A stretch of 29,830 nucleotides of DNA, from contig JAUSNC010000006.1 in assembly GCA_030645645.1 (NCBI GenBank), forward strand, positions 1 to 29,830, in the 5' to 3' direction. Each line of letters starts with the position of its first letter. The stretch's first letter is position 1. Origin of the DNA: Candidatus Parcubacteria bacterium (GTDB lineage: Bacteria; Patescibacteriota; Minisyncoccia; Minisyncoccales; UBA6532). A program made the translations under genes and the position numbers. The notes under the pieces were generated by a model. The model saw only the letters and a list, made by a program, of their open reading frames with translations, was not told the DNA's origin and did not search any database. This document shows positions 1 to 9,250 of the stretch, one piece after another.

Positions 1-344
1 TAATCAATTTTCAGATTCCATGCTTCTATAAATAAACGCTGTATTTTGGGGTCAACCAGCTTATACCGTCCGGCCATCTGATTAACCATCAGTTCAGAAT
101 CAGACTTTATATCAACCTCCAGCCTTTTTATCTTATCCTTCCCATAAAGCGCTTTTATTTTCTTCAAGGCAAAAATAAGAGCTCCGTATTCAGCTTCATT
201 ATTGGTGGCATGGCCTAAATAATGGCCGTACTTTTTAATCAAATGCCCGTCTTTATTAAGAATAACGACTCCTAAAGCGGCAGGTCCAGGATTTGAACGC
301 GATCCCCCGTCTGTAAAAACTGTAATTTTATTTAAGTCTTTCAT
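1..344 (-). CDS. rnhA: Ribonuclease HI family protein (3' end truncated by window edge)
   Basis: Not in the ORF track; my translation from ATG at 344: MKDLNKITVFTDGGSRSNPGPAALG...HATNNEAEYGAL...IKSDSELMVNQMAGRYK. Contains the RNase HI motifs DGGSRxNPG, TNNEAEY and xSDSEL. Confidence 0.93.
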   Translation of the reverse strand, partial: MKDLNKITVFTDGGSRSNPGPAALGVVILNKDGHLIKKYGHYLGHATNNEAEYGALIFALKKIKALYGKDKIKRLEVDIKSDSELMVNQMAGRYKLVDPKIQRLFIEAWNLKID

Positions 345-351
345 ATTAAAA

Positions 352-1503
352 TTAATTATTTTTAAAATATTTAATAAGGCATTTTTTAAAATCTTTCAGG
401 TTTTCGTTTTTAAGGCGGAACCCGGCGGCTTTGGGATGCCCCCCGTAAATTCCAAGATATTTCCTGCAGGAAACCATAGCCTTCACGCCGTCGCATCCTA
501 TAGGCGTTCTTACCGCTCCCGGACTTTCCTTTTTCAGATGCCGGTAAAGAAAAACCGGCTTATTGTGTTTCTGACAGACTTTAGAACCCACAGGACCTAA
601 TAATACAAGTGGCCATGATTTATCTCCTTCAAAAATAATTGATTCCTCGGATGAAGCAATTTTAAATTCAGTCTCTTCATTAATCCTTTTAATTTCCTTC
701 TTTCTGATTTCCTGCTTTTTCATCAGCAACCGGGCCAGTTTTTCCGCTTTGCCTTTATTTTTCTCAATCAGGAAAATAAAAGCGTCGTTTAAATGATCCT
801 TGGCATTTGAAGCATTCAGAGGAGGTACGATCTTTTGGCGTATTTCATCAATTCCATTACCTGTATATTTTGTTAGCTTAATAAGTGCTTTTAATGCGGG
901 ACGTTCCGTTAAATTGAGAGAAAGTAATCCGTCATTAATTAATTTTTTATTATCCGCTTCAATAGGCATTTGATCAGAAATGGTGGCAATTGCAACTAAT
1001 TCAAGGAAACTTTCCAACTTGTGTTTCTTCCCGGCGGAGGAAAGCAAAGCTTTTGCAATCTTATATACCACGCCTGCACAAGCGAATGTCTTGAATGGAT
1101 ATAAATCTCCTTTCTGTTTTGGATTAATAATAAGCGAGGCATTGGGTTTTTTAGGAAGAGGCTCGTGATGATCAATTATTATCACCTCAAACCCCATTTT
1201 CTTTGCCATATCTACCTCTTCTATATTACCCAATCCGCAGTCAAAAACAATAAAAAGAGCGGGTGCTTTACTTTTTAGAATATTTAACGCCGTTTTGTTT
1301 ATTCCATATCCTTCTTTTTCCCTGTCCGGGAAAAAAAACGCGTTGATTTTACCGCCCAGCGCTTCAATAGCTTCTTTGAAAATTATAACAGAAGAGACTC
1401 CGTCAGGATCAGAATCGCCATAAAGAATTATTTTTTCCTTATTAGCAATCGCTGTTAAAACTCTGTTTATGACTTTATCTAAATTTTTGAATTTCTTTTC
1501 CAT
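352..1503 (-). CDS. recJ: RecJ-like DHH/DHHA1 phosphoesterase (ssDNA exonuclease family), short 383-aa form
   Basis: Motifs GDSDPDG, DCG, DHH, TISD and C-terminal GGHPKAAG; shorter than canonical RecJ. Confidence 0.8.
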   Translation of the reverse strand: MEKKFKNLDKVINRVLTAIANKEKIILYGDSDPDGVSSVIIFKEAIEALGGKINAFFFPDREKEGYGINKTALNILKSKAPALFIVFDCGLGNIEEVDMAKKMGFEVIIIDHHEPLPKKPNASLIINPKQKGDLYPFKTFACAGVVYKIAKALLSSAGKKHKLESFLELVAIATISDQMPIEADNKKLINDGLLSLNLTERPALKALIKLTKYTGNGIDEIRQKIVPPLNASNAKDHLNDAFIFLIEKNKGKAEKLARLLMKKQEIRKKEIKRINEETEFKIASSEESIIFEGDKSWPLVLLGPVGSKVCQKHNKPVFLYRHLKKESPGAVRTPIGCDGVKAMVSCRKYLGIYGGHPKAAGFRLKNENLKDFKKCLIKYFKNN

Positions 1504-1509
1504 TTATGA

Positions 1510-1518
1510 ATTCTATCA
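1510..1518 (-). promoter_or_regulatory. Extended -10 promoter, probably leaderless, for recJ-like gene
   Basis: Minus strand reads TG-A-TAGAAT-tcataa-ATG, with 6 nt between the -10 and the start codon. Confidence 0.55.
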
Positions 1519-1531
1519 AAAAACCTAAAAA

Positions 1532-2587
1532 TTAGGAATTTTCCAATGCCACAATCCCCGGCAGTTTGTCCCCGCTTAGAAATTCCAGCATTGCTCCCCC
1601 GCCCGTTGATACAAAACTAAAATTATCGGCTAATCCGACAGCATTGATGAATTCTACTGTCTCTCCTCCTCCGGCCACTGAAAAAGCCCCGCTCGAAACA
1701 ATTGCCTTGGCAATTTCCTTTGATCCTTTCTGATATGCCGTTTTTTCAATCATACCCAAAGGACCAGACCAGAAAACTGCCTTGGCGGATAATATCTTCT
1801 CTTTGAATAAATCTATTGTTTTCGGTCCTATATCATAAATATTATTTCCCTCTCCTAGGCCATCAACCGGCATAATGATTTTTTCTCTGTATTTAAAGAT
1901 GATATTTTTATTTTCAATTTCATCCTGTATCCGGTTGCTCACAAGAATCCAATCTGCTTTTTCGGAAATTCTTTCAATGACCTTGGCTTTTGCTCCAACC
2001 TTAATCCCTCCTATTATTCCAATTAAAGATTTTGGCGGGTTTTTCAGTAAATTTTCAAGAGCATCAATTTCTTTTTTAAATAAGAGTCCAATGCCTGAAG
2101 GAAGGATTCCGGGTATGCCTGTGATGGATGCATGGGCGCGATGAGAAGCTCCGAAAGCATCATTGATATATATATCTCCAAGCTTTGCCAAATTTGCGGC
2201 AAAGTCCGGATTGTTTTCCTCTTCCTCTTTGTGAAACCTCAGATTCTCAAGCAGGATTATTTCTCTAGGATCCATTTGATTAACCAGATCCTCCACTTCC
2301 TTGCTAATGCAGTCCTGCGCTTTCACCACCGATACATCAAGATATTTATTAAGCGTATTTTGAACCGGCGTTAATCTTAAACTTTCCACAACCTGGCCCT
2401 GTGGCCTGCCAAGATGGCACATTAATATTATTTTCGAGTTTTTCTTCAGTAAATACTCAATAGTCGGGATAGTTTTCCGTATTCTGAAATCATCTAAAAC
2501 AACGCCGCCTTCGTTAAGCGGCACATTAAACTCGCATCTCACTAGAACTCGTTTCCCGTTAAAATCAAAATCTTCAAGAGTCTTCAT
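1532..2587 (-). CDS. pgk: Phosphoglycerate kinase (short, divergent)
   Basis: Motifs FNVP, SHLGRP-like CHLGRP, LLENLRF, NDAFGASHRAHAS, DIGP, GGGET and STGGGA. Confidence 0.9.
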   Translation of the reverse strand: MKTLEDFDFNGKRVLVRCEFNVPLNEGGVVLDDFRIRKTIPTIEYLLKKNSKIILMCHLGRPQGQVVESLRLTPVQNTLNKYLDVSVVKAQDCISKEVEDLVNQMDPREIILLENLRFHKEEEENNPDFAANLAKLGDIYINDAFGASHRAHASITGIPGILPSGIGLLFKKEIDALENLLKNPPKSLIGIIGGIKVGAKAKVIERISEKADWILVSNRIQDEIENKNIIFKYREKIIMPVDGLGEGNNIYDIGPKTIDLFKEKILSAKAVFWSGPLGMIEKTAYQKGSKEIAKAIVSSGAFSVAGGGETVEFINAVGLADNFSFVSTGGGAMLEFLSGDKLPGIVALENS

Positions 2588-2596
2588 AGGATTAAA

Positions 2597-4372
2597 TTAA
2601 AATTTGACAGTTTCTCCCGGAGCTATAAATCCCTTCTTTTCCCCATTATTCTTTCTCTTTTTATTGGAATCTTCTTTATCTAAAGATTCTCCGATAGCTT
2701 TTTTTAATTCATTTAAATCGGGACCGCTTCCTTTAGGATTAGAAGTATGGGATTCCGTGGTTTGTCTCTGCTGTCTAAAAGACATTGCGCCCTTCTCAAT
2801 TGCTTCCTTTAATGATACGGGAGGAGTGCGGGGAGCTATTTCCGGCGGCGGAATTCTTCTTCCTTCTTCCTTTTCATTCTCAATTTTTTTCCGGCAAGGC
2901 TTACAGTAAACCGGCCTGACTCCGTCCGGCTGGAATACTACTTTGGTTGATTTACCGCATTTTGAACATTGGGCATCATATAGAGTATGTTGCGGTTCTT
3001 CAGGTATATCTCTTCCAAAAAAACTTTGGGGCAACCCGGGGGAACGGGGCTCCTGGCTTTTTGTCTGGGCAGATTTTTCAGCCGATGCGTCTGAAACTCC
3101 TGCCCAGTCCGAGATATATTCATCAACGATTTTACGGGGTGTTCCGTATTTTTCGCGGGATGATTCATTAATTTCTTTTTCGTAGGATTGATCAGGCTTC
3201 GGCATTGGTTTTAAAGTTTCAGCTGAAAAAGGCCGTCCGGCTAAACCGTCAATCATAAGCTTAAGATAAATATTATATTTTCCGAGATTAACCAGATCCG
3301 CAGCCAAGAAATCAGGGGTGAATTCCCTTTCTAAAAACTCTGCATCATCGGCTCCTACGCGGAATGTAACAAGCGTTCCTACATTGCCAAAAACGGCGTC
3401 TCTGACTGTTTCATCCATTTGAGTGATATATTGATGGGTAAGGATCAGAGTCAGGCGGTATTTTCTGGCTTCAGATAAAATATTAGCAAATGATTCCGTT
3501 GCAAAATTTTGGAATTCATCTACATAAAGATAGAAATCTTTTCTGTCTTTTTCCGGCATATCAACGCGGGACATAGCGGCCAACTGCAGTTTAGTCACCA
3601 CAAGCGCCCCAAGAAGCCTGGAATTATCCTCTCCGACTTTTCCTTTAGAGAGATTGATGATGAATATCTTTTCCGTATCCATAATTTTTCTCATATCGAG
3701 CTTTGTCTTTTCCTGTCCGACGATATTACGGATAAGAGGCGCTGAAATGAACTGACCTATTTTATTCTGGATTGCCGCAGTGGCTTCAACTTCATATCGC
3801 TGGGTATATCTTGCAAATTCCTGGGTCCAAAAAGCTTTTACCACTGGGTCAGTAACTTTATCTATGACTTTTTTCCTATAAACCAAGTCGGAAAGCATTC
3901 TGTTTACGCCCAAAAGCGTTGATCCGGGATATTCCAAAAGAGCTAGAATGCAGTTATTTAAAATATATTCCATTCTGGCAGACCAGACATCCGGCCATAT
4001 CTTCTTAAAAACGCCCATTAACCCGCCGGCGACCAAATGACGGTATTGCGGAGCCACTTCCTCCATAATATTGAAAGCTATCGGAAAATCAAAGTCGGAA
4101 GGATTAAAATAGACTACGTCTTTTACTCTCTCCTTGGGGATAAAGGCCAGGATCTCTTCTGCCGCCTCTCCGTGCGGATCAATAAAGGCCATGCCGTGTC
4201 CGGCAGTTATATCTTGAATTGCCATATTTACAAGCATATTCGTCTTCCCCATTCCCGTCTTTCCGACAACATACATATGGCGCCTCCGGTCATCTGTTTT
4301 TATGCCAAATTTCTTTCGCGCATTGCGGAAAGTCGTTTCAGCAAAAAAATTTATTTCTGTTTTTTCAGCCAT
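2597..4372 (-). CDS. VirD4/TraD/HerA-like P-loop ATPase with C-terminal CxxC-x17-CxxC zinc-ribbon
   Basis: Walker A GKTGMGKT, IDPHG, Walker B LYVDEFQNF, SEARKY; CSKC-17 aa-CKPC near the C-terminus. Confidence 0.85.
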   Translation of the reverse strand: MAEKTEINFFAETTFRNARKKFGIKTDDRRRHMYVVGKTGMGKTNMLVNMAIQDITAGHGMAFIDPHGEAAEEILAFIPKERVKDVVYFNPSDFDFPIAFNIMEEVAPQYRHLVAGGLMGVFKKIWPDVWSARMEYILNNCILALLEYPGSTLLGVNRMLSDLVYRKKVIDKVTDPVVKAFWTQEFARYTQRYEVEATAAIQNKIGQFISAPLIRNIVGQEKTKLDMRKIMDTEKIFIINLSKGKVGEDNSRLLGALVVTKLQLAAMSRVDMPEKDRKDFYLYVDEFQNFATESFANILSEARKYRLTLILTHQYITQMDETVRDAVFGNVGTLVTFRVGADDAEFLEREFTPDFLAADLVNLGKYNIYLKLMIDGLAGRPFSAETLKPMPKPDQSYEKEINESSREKYGTPRKIVDEYISDWAGVSDASAEKSAQTKSQEPRSPGLPQSFFGRDIPEEPQHTLYDAQCSKCGKSTKVVFQPDGVRPVYCKPCRKKIENEKEEGRRIPPPEIAPRTPPVSLKEAIEKGAMSFRQQRQTTESHTSNPKGSGPDLNELKKAIGESLDKEDSNKKRKNNGEKKGFIAPGETVKF

Positions 4373-4421
4373 TATTATTCAGTAAAAACTTAGATTGATA
4401 ATAAATTTATTAAACTTGCGA

Positions 4422-5726
4422 TTATTCCTCTACCGGCAAACCGGAAGGCGCTTCTCCTTTCTTAGACTCTACGCGTTCCATAAAAGGCGCGGATGTTACG
4501 CTTTGCCCCGGAAAATGAAATAGCGTTGCCAATTCTTCGGTGCTTAAAATGAAATTGCCTCCGGGGTCCGGGAAAAGAGCGTTAAACCTTCTGACATATT
4601 TTTTAAACAAATTTCTTTTCCTGACATAAACTCTCCTGGGTATCAGGTAATTCCAGGGAACAAACCAATGTTTCTTTACCTTTGTCATCGTCCCTATTTT
4701 TGCATTGGGCACCATGGCATTAAGATTAGTAGTTGAAAACTGCTGAAAAAAACTCAAAGGAATGGTCTTAGCGGGCCCTGAATAAACCTCTCTCTTGGCG
4801 AGATAGATAAATCTTACTCCGACGGAATAGCACCTTTTTGCGATTTTTTCTTCTATCGCAGAAACAATTGTCCTCTCTCCGGGAGTTAATTTCATTTCCG
4901 GCGGAATAATCTCTTCTTTTCTCTGTTCCGTCGAAGGCGGCTTGCCAGTGGCAAAGATATCAAAGATATCAAAGATAATGGGTTTAGCCATGGGCTTCTC
5001 CGGACGCTTTACAAGCTTATCCACTAATGCTTTTCCTCTGTCAAAATAATGCGTGCCGGCATCGTCATTAATGGCTGGGGTTGCCAAAAACTGAACCCAA
5101 AGATTTTCGCCTTGGCCAAGTTTTCCCATGCCTTCTAGAAGAGAAGACAAAGGATCCAACCTTTTTTCTTCCATTGGCGCATCCGGTTTTTCTTCAAAAA
5201 AAGACGCGTAGGTTTTTATCGGATATACATCATTTGAAAGAAGCGTATAATCGCAGCCCCACATCTCCCAATTTTTATTCGGTATGTCCTGGGGAACATA
5301 CTTTGTATAATCGTCGTGTTGCGATATTTCAACATTGGGATATTGGGCGTATATATTGGCTTCCACTGTTTTCCGTATTCCTTGAGGACATTTTATGAAA
5401 AAATGCGGTTCTCCATTAATGCAAACTATTTCTAAGCCGTAGGCATGCTGGATTTTTCCCTCTATCCATGTTTCCCACCAGTCAGGAGGATCATAAATAC
5501 TGCCCCAAAGACCAGAAAAAACTTGATCCATAGCCTTTAAAGGTTGCAAAACATCCTTCGGGATTTTTAATTCCAATAAAACATATTTTTGTTCGGCCAG
5601 CCAAAGTTCCACTCTCCACCACCTCCAGAGGAATAAAAAAGGCCGATGCAAAACAACCGGCAATAATAGCCACCACCAATTCATTATAACTGTCCAGATT
5701 GGCTGGAACATGTTTAAAATTGCCAT
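4422..5726 (-). CDS. Membrane-anchored hypothetical protein, partner of the downstream ATPase
   Basis: 434-aa ORF with Trp-rich hydrophobic N-terminus and C-terminal ELATLFHFP motif; co-oriented, ending about 50 bp upstream of the ATPase. Confidence 0.75.
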   Translation of the reverse strand: MAILNMFQPIWTVIMNWWWLLLPVVLHRPFLFLWRWWRVELWLAEQKYVLLELKIPKDVLQPLKAMDQVFSGLWGSIYDPPDWWETWIEGKIQHAYGLEIVCINGEPHFFIKCPQGIRKTVEANIYAQYPNVEISQHDDYTKYVPQDIPNKNWEMWGCDYTLLSNDVYPIKTYASFFEEKPDAPMEEKRLDPLSSLLEGMGKLGQGENLWVQFLATPAINDDAGTHYFDRGKALVDKLVKRPEKPMAKPIIFDIFDIFATGKPPSTEQRKEEIIPPEMKLTPGERTIVSAIEEKIAKRCYSVGVRFIYLAKREVYSGPAKTIPLSFFQQFSTTNLNAMVPNAKIGTMTKVKKHWFVPWNYLIPRRVYVRKRNLFKKYVRRFNALFPDPGGNFILSTEELATLFHFPGQSVTSAPFMERVESKKGEAPSGLPVEE

Positions 5727-5740
5727 TATTTCTTGAAAAA

Positions 5741-6763
5741 TTAAGCCTCCTTTACGGAATAACGATCGTTTGAATCCCTTAAAAAGTATTTTTTATCCTG
5801 GAGATTTAATAAGATTGTGTTCTTTTTCACCTGACGTTGTTCAAGAACCTTACTGACTATTTCTGTTTTAGACAAGGGACCTGAAGAAGCCTGCAGAGTT
5901 TTTACAATGACATCCTTGACTACACCAGCCTGATATCCCCATTCCTTTAATGCATAAAGCCCTCGGCCAACCAAAACAAACCTTTGATCTTTAATTAATT
6001 CATTATGAACCGTCTGAGTATGAACTTGTTTTCTGCTGTTTTCCGGAATATTCAATTTCTGAATAAATTCTGCAACTTGAGTGAAATGAAGAGGTTCATT
6101 CTCCTGTTTTAAAACCAAATATGCTTTATCCTTAATAAATCTTGGATTTATTTCCGCCCACTCCCGAAGCCCGTAAAAACCTCCAGGGCCCTTCATTATT
6201 TTCTTTGAGACTTCAATATAAGATTGGATTGCTTCAGTTCCAAGATTAGGAATTTCCGCATGTATATTCGTCTGTAAAACCTCAAAAGAAGCAGGTTGCT
6301 TTTTTTCTCCGAACATTCCTTGCAGATAATCAGAAACTTTCTTTGAAATATTACGAGAATCTTTTTTAACGGCCCAGAAAGGATAAAAGCTTTTATCGCC
6401 TGAGAATCTTTCAAACTGATTAGAAAGCGTCAGAAGGAAATAAACATCATTATTGTATTTTGAATCTCCCAATTCTGAAAGAAGCAAATCTTCCCTCCTT
6501 AGTCCGCCTTTGCTGTCTATATGATTAAAAAAATCCTTAAAGACATTATTAAAATTCTGGCCGGCTGTCTGTCTGCATTTTTCCAATCCGACCTCAACGA
6601 TCTGGCGCACTCTTTCTCTGGTAATTTTAAAATCCTGTCCTATGGCTTCAAGAGTTTCCATTTCTCCTCCGTTTAATCCAAAACGTCTGGCAACCAGGGT
6701 TTTAACCCGCGGTTCCAGATTATTAAGTATTTTCTGTGAAATTGTTCTACAATTATATGCCAT
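5741..6763 (-). CDS. Sigma-70 region-4 HTH plus HARE-HTH/RNAP-delta-like protein
   Basis: N-terminal RRFGL...TLEAIGQDFKITRERVRQI (sigma4-like); C-terminal TVHNELIKDQRFVLVGRGLYALKEWG winged-HTH segment. Confidence 0.75.
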   Translation of the reverse strand: MAYNCRTISQKILNNLEPRVKTLVARRFGLNGGEMETLEAIGQDFKITRERVRQIVEVGLEKCRQTAGQNFNNVFKDFFNHIDSKGGLRREDLLLSELGDSKYNNDVYFLLTLSNQFERFSGDKSFYPFWAVKKDSRNISKKVSDYLQGMFGEKKQPASFEVLQTNIHAEIPNLGTEAIQSYIEVSKKIMKGPGGFYGLREWAEINPRFIKDKAYLVLKQENEPLHFTQVAEFIQKLNIPENSRKQVHTQTVHNELIKDQRFVLVGRGLYALKEWGYQAGVVKDVIVKTLQASSGPLSKTEIVSKVLEQRQVKKNTILLNLQDKKYFLRDSNDRYSVKEA

Positions 6764-6771
6764 ATATTTTA

Positions 6772-6800
6772 ATTAAAGCACATTAAAGCACATTAGTCAA
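6772..6800 (-). promoter_or_regulatory. Sigma70-like promoter containing a 10-bp tandem repeat
   Basis: Minus strand TTGACT-17 nt-TTTAAT, then 8 nt to ATG 6763. ATTAAAGCAC occurs at 6772-6781 and 6782-6791, plus a partial third copy. Confidence 0.6.
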
Positions 6801-6806
6801 GTAATT

Positions 6807-7712
6807 TTACTTTTTCACCTTTATACCCCTTTGGTACCAGCTTACCAGAAGAGGGCTGGCCACCAGTACTGATGTATATGTTCCGACAATAACTCCGACT
6901 ATCAATGTAAATGCAAAATCATGTAAAGTTTCCCCTCCTACTAAAAATATCGCCACAACCATAAGAAGAACAGTAAAAGAGGTGCTGAAAGACCTCATTA
7001 AGGTTTGATTTATGGATTTATCCACTGTTTCTTCAAAAGTCTTTCCCGCTCCTTTTGATAAATTTTCCCTTATCCTGTCAAAAACTACAATGGTATTGTG
7101 AACTGAATATCCTTGAATAGTCAGCAATGCCGCAACTATAGGTATTGTAATCTGCAAGCCGTAGAATTTTCCCATTAATGCTAAAGCACCTATTGGTATT
7201 AAAACATCATGAAATAAAGAAACCAGAGCGGTCACTCCATAGCGCAGAGAACTGATTGGCCGACGGACTTTCCGGAAAGCTAAAGCTATGTAAGACACGA
7301 TTGCAATTAATGCGAAAATAATTGCCGACAGCGTTTTTTGTTTCAATTCCCTACCTACTACCGGCCCGATTGATTCAAATCTTTTTTCCTCAATTGCAAT
7401 CTGGCCGTTTTGTGAAAGATTTCTAATGGCTTCCTGATGAGTTTCTTCATTTATATCTTTCATTTTAATCATCACTCCTTTATCGCCCACAGGCTGTATT
7501 GAAAATGTTCCTAAATCAATTCCTTCTAATGTCTTACTTATTTCCTGATTTACCGGCCTGTTATCCTTGTATTCAATTTCAATAATGCTTCCTCCTACAA
7601 ATTCAATTCCGTAATTTAATCCGAATTTAACCAAAGAAAATATACTAATACCGATTAATGCAATAGATATTATATAATAGACTTTGCTGTATTTTATGAA
7701 AGGAAAAAACAT
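6807..7712 (-). CDS. secF: Protein translocase subunit SecF
   Basis: GIEFVGG, FESIGPVVG, GYSVHNTIVVFDRIREN and GTYTS motifs. Start set at MFFPF (7712) to avoid overlapping secD. Confidence 0.95.
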   Translation of the reverse strand: MFFPFIKYSKVYYIISIALIGISIFSLVKFGLNYGIEFVGGSIIEIEYKDNRPVNQEISKTLEGIDLGTFSIQPVGDKGVMIKMKDINEETHQEAIRNLSQNGQIAIEEKRFESIGPVVGRELKQKTLSAIIFALIAIVSYIALAFRKVRRPISSLRYGVTALVSLFHDVLIPIGALALMGKFYGLQITIPIVAALLTIQGYSVHNTIVVFDRIRENLSKGAGKTFEETVDKSINQTLMRSFSTSFTVLLMVVAIFLVGGETLHDFAFTLIVGVIVGTYTSVLVASPLLVSWYQRGIKVKK

Positions 7713-7714
7713 AT

Positions 7715-9118
7715 TTAAATTAAGGGTGTCCAAAGTTTTTTATATTTCTCGAACCTTGTTCCTATAAATATTCTCAGGAATTGGCGGGTTATGAAAATTG
7801 CAGAAAACATACTGACAATAATACCCAAAGAAAGGGTTAAGGCAAATCCCTTAATAAAACTGGTGCCTAAGCTGAAAAGAATAAATCCTACTATCAGACT
7901 GGTTAAATTACTGTCCCTAATTGAAGGCCATGCTCTCCTAAATGCCTCTTCTAAGGCCGTAGAAAAATCTTTATTTTCCGCCAATTCTTCCTTTAGCCTG
8001 GCGAAAATCAGAATATTGGCGTCTATTGCCATTCCTATAGAAAGGACAAATCCTCCTATTCCCGCCAGTGTCAAAGTAACCGGAATCAATTTAAATATAG
8101 ATAAAATAATGACTACATATATAAATAGAGCAATGGCTGCTAAAAGGCCCGGCAATTTATAAAAGATTATCATAAATATAACTATGGCCAGGAAACCATA
8201 TATGCCCGCTTTTAGAGATTTTTCAAGGGAAGATGCTCCTAAAGTAGGTCCTACTTTCTGTTGGGAAATCAAATTTATCGGTACTGGCAATGCTCCTGCG
8301 CTTAAATTTCTGGCTAAAGTTTTAGCTTCCTCAACCGTAAATTGGCCGGTAATTTGCGCTTCGCCTCCTGCAATAGCCTCCTGCACAACCGGTGCTGATA
8401 TTAATATATTATCTATATAAATTGCCAAAGGCTTTCCAATATTTCTGCCGGTCAAATCCTTAAATAGATCAGTTCCTTCCTTATTAAATTTAATGGAAAT
8501 TGAAGGTCTGTAGGTTGTTTGATCAAACGCCAGTTCAGATCTTTCCAGATAACGGCCGTTAAGATCGGTCGGTTTAAAATTAGGATCTTCCAATGCCAGT
8601 TGCCAATCAGGAATATTTTGTGCTTCCTCAAGAGATTTCCCTTCAACTTCTTTCTGCTTATCCAATATCATTTGGGTTTCTTCGCTTGATCGCTGCTCCC
8701 GGAATTCAAGGAAGGGAGTTTCTCCGATCATTTTTATTGCTTGCGCAGGATCCTGGACTCCGGCCAGCTCCACGAGCAATCTATAATGATCTCCCGCTTC
8801 TTCAACTTGGACAACGGGTTCCTGTACACCGAACAAATTAACTCTCCTTTCAATAACATCCCTCAATCCCTGCATTGCGGTATTATAATCGGCTTTATTT
8901 ACCTTGGACAAATCGGCGTCATAAAGAAGCTGAACTCCTCCTTCCAAATCCAAACCCATCCTGAATGGAACATCAAAAAAATGCGGGACAGCAAGTCCTA
9001 ATCTTGCATTCAAATAATCCATCCCTTGATTGAAATATTTGGGATAGCTGTAATTTCCGGCCAGAAATCCGAGAATGGCAACCGCGATAATTATTATAAC
9101 AACGTTATTTCTTTTCAT
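7715..9118 (-). CDS. secD: Protein translocase subunit SecD
   Basis: GLDLEGG, RRVNLFGVQEP, GALP, GMAIDANILIFARLKEE and DSN motifs. Confidence 0.96.
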   Translation of the reverse strand: MKRNNVVIIIIAVAILGFLAGNYSYPKYFNQGMDYLNARLGLAVPHFFDVPFRMGLDLEGGVQLLYDADLSKVNKADYNTAMQGLRDVIERRVNLFGVQEPVVQVEEAGDHYRLLVELAGVQDPAQAIKMIGETPFLEFREQRSSEETQMILDKQKEVEGKSLEEAQNIPDWQLALEDPNFKPTDLNGRYLERSELAFDQTTYRPSISIKFNKEGTDLFKDLTGRNIGKPLAIYIDNILISAPVVQEAIAGGEAQITGQFTVEEAKTLARNLSAGALPVPINLISQQKVGPTLGASSLEKSLKAGIYGFLAIVIFMIIFYKLPGLLAAIALFIYVVIILSIFKLIPVTLTLAGIGGFVLSIGMAIDANILIFARLKEELAENKDFSTALEEAFRRAWPSIRDSNLTSLIVGFILFSLGTSFIKGFALTLSLGIIVSMFSAIFITRQFLRIFIGTRFEKYKKLWTPLI

Positions 9119-9134
9119 TTTCTTTAATTAATAA

Positions 9135-9148
9135 CCGCCATAAGGCGG
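9135..9148. repeat. Short GC palindrome CCGCC-ATAA-GGCGG just upstream of secD
   Basis: Perfect 5-bp stem with 4-nt loop in an AT-rich intergenic region; function unknown. Confidence 0.4.
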
Positions 9149-9250
9149 ATTCTATTTAACTATATTCGCACAAATTAAAATTTTTTTCAACCTATAGATA
9201 ATCTATCTTAGTTAACTCTTGCATAAGAACATTATCGGTTACCTTTTATT

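Noticed and set aside
4952-4977. 9-bp tandem repeat CAAAGATAT (about 2.9 copies)
   Set aside because: In-frame coding repeat (IFDIFDIF); slippage would keep the frame, so it is not a phase-variation switch.
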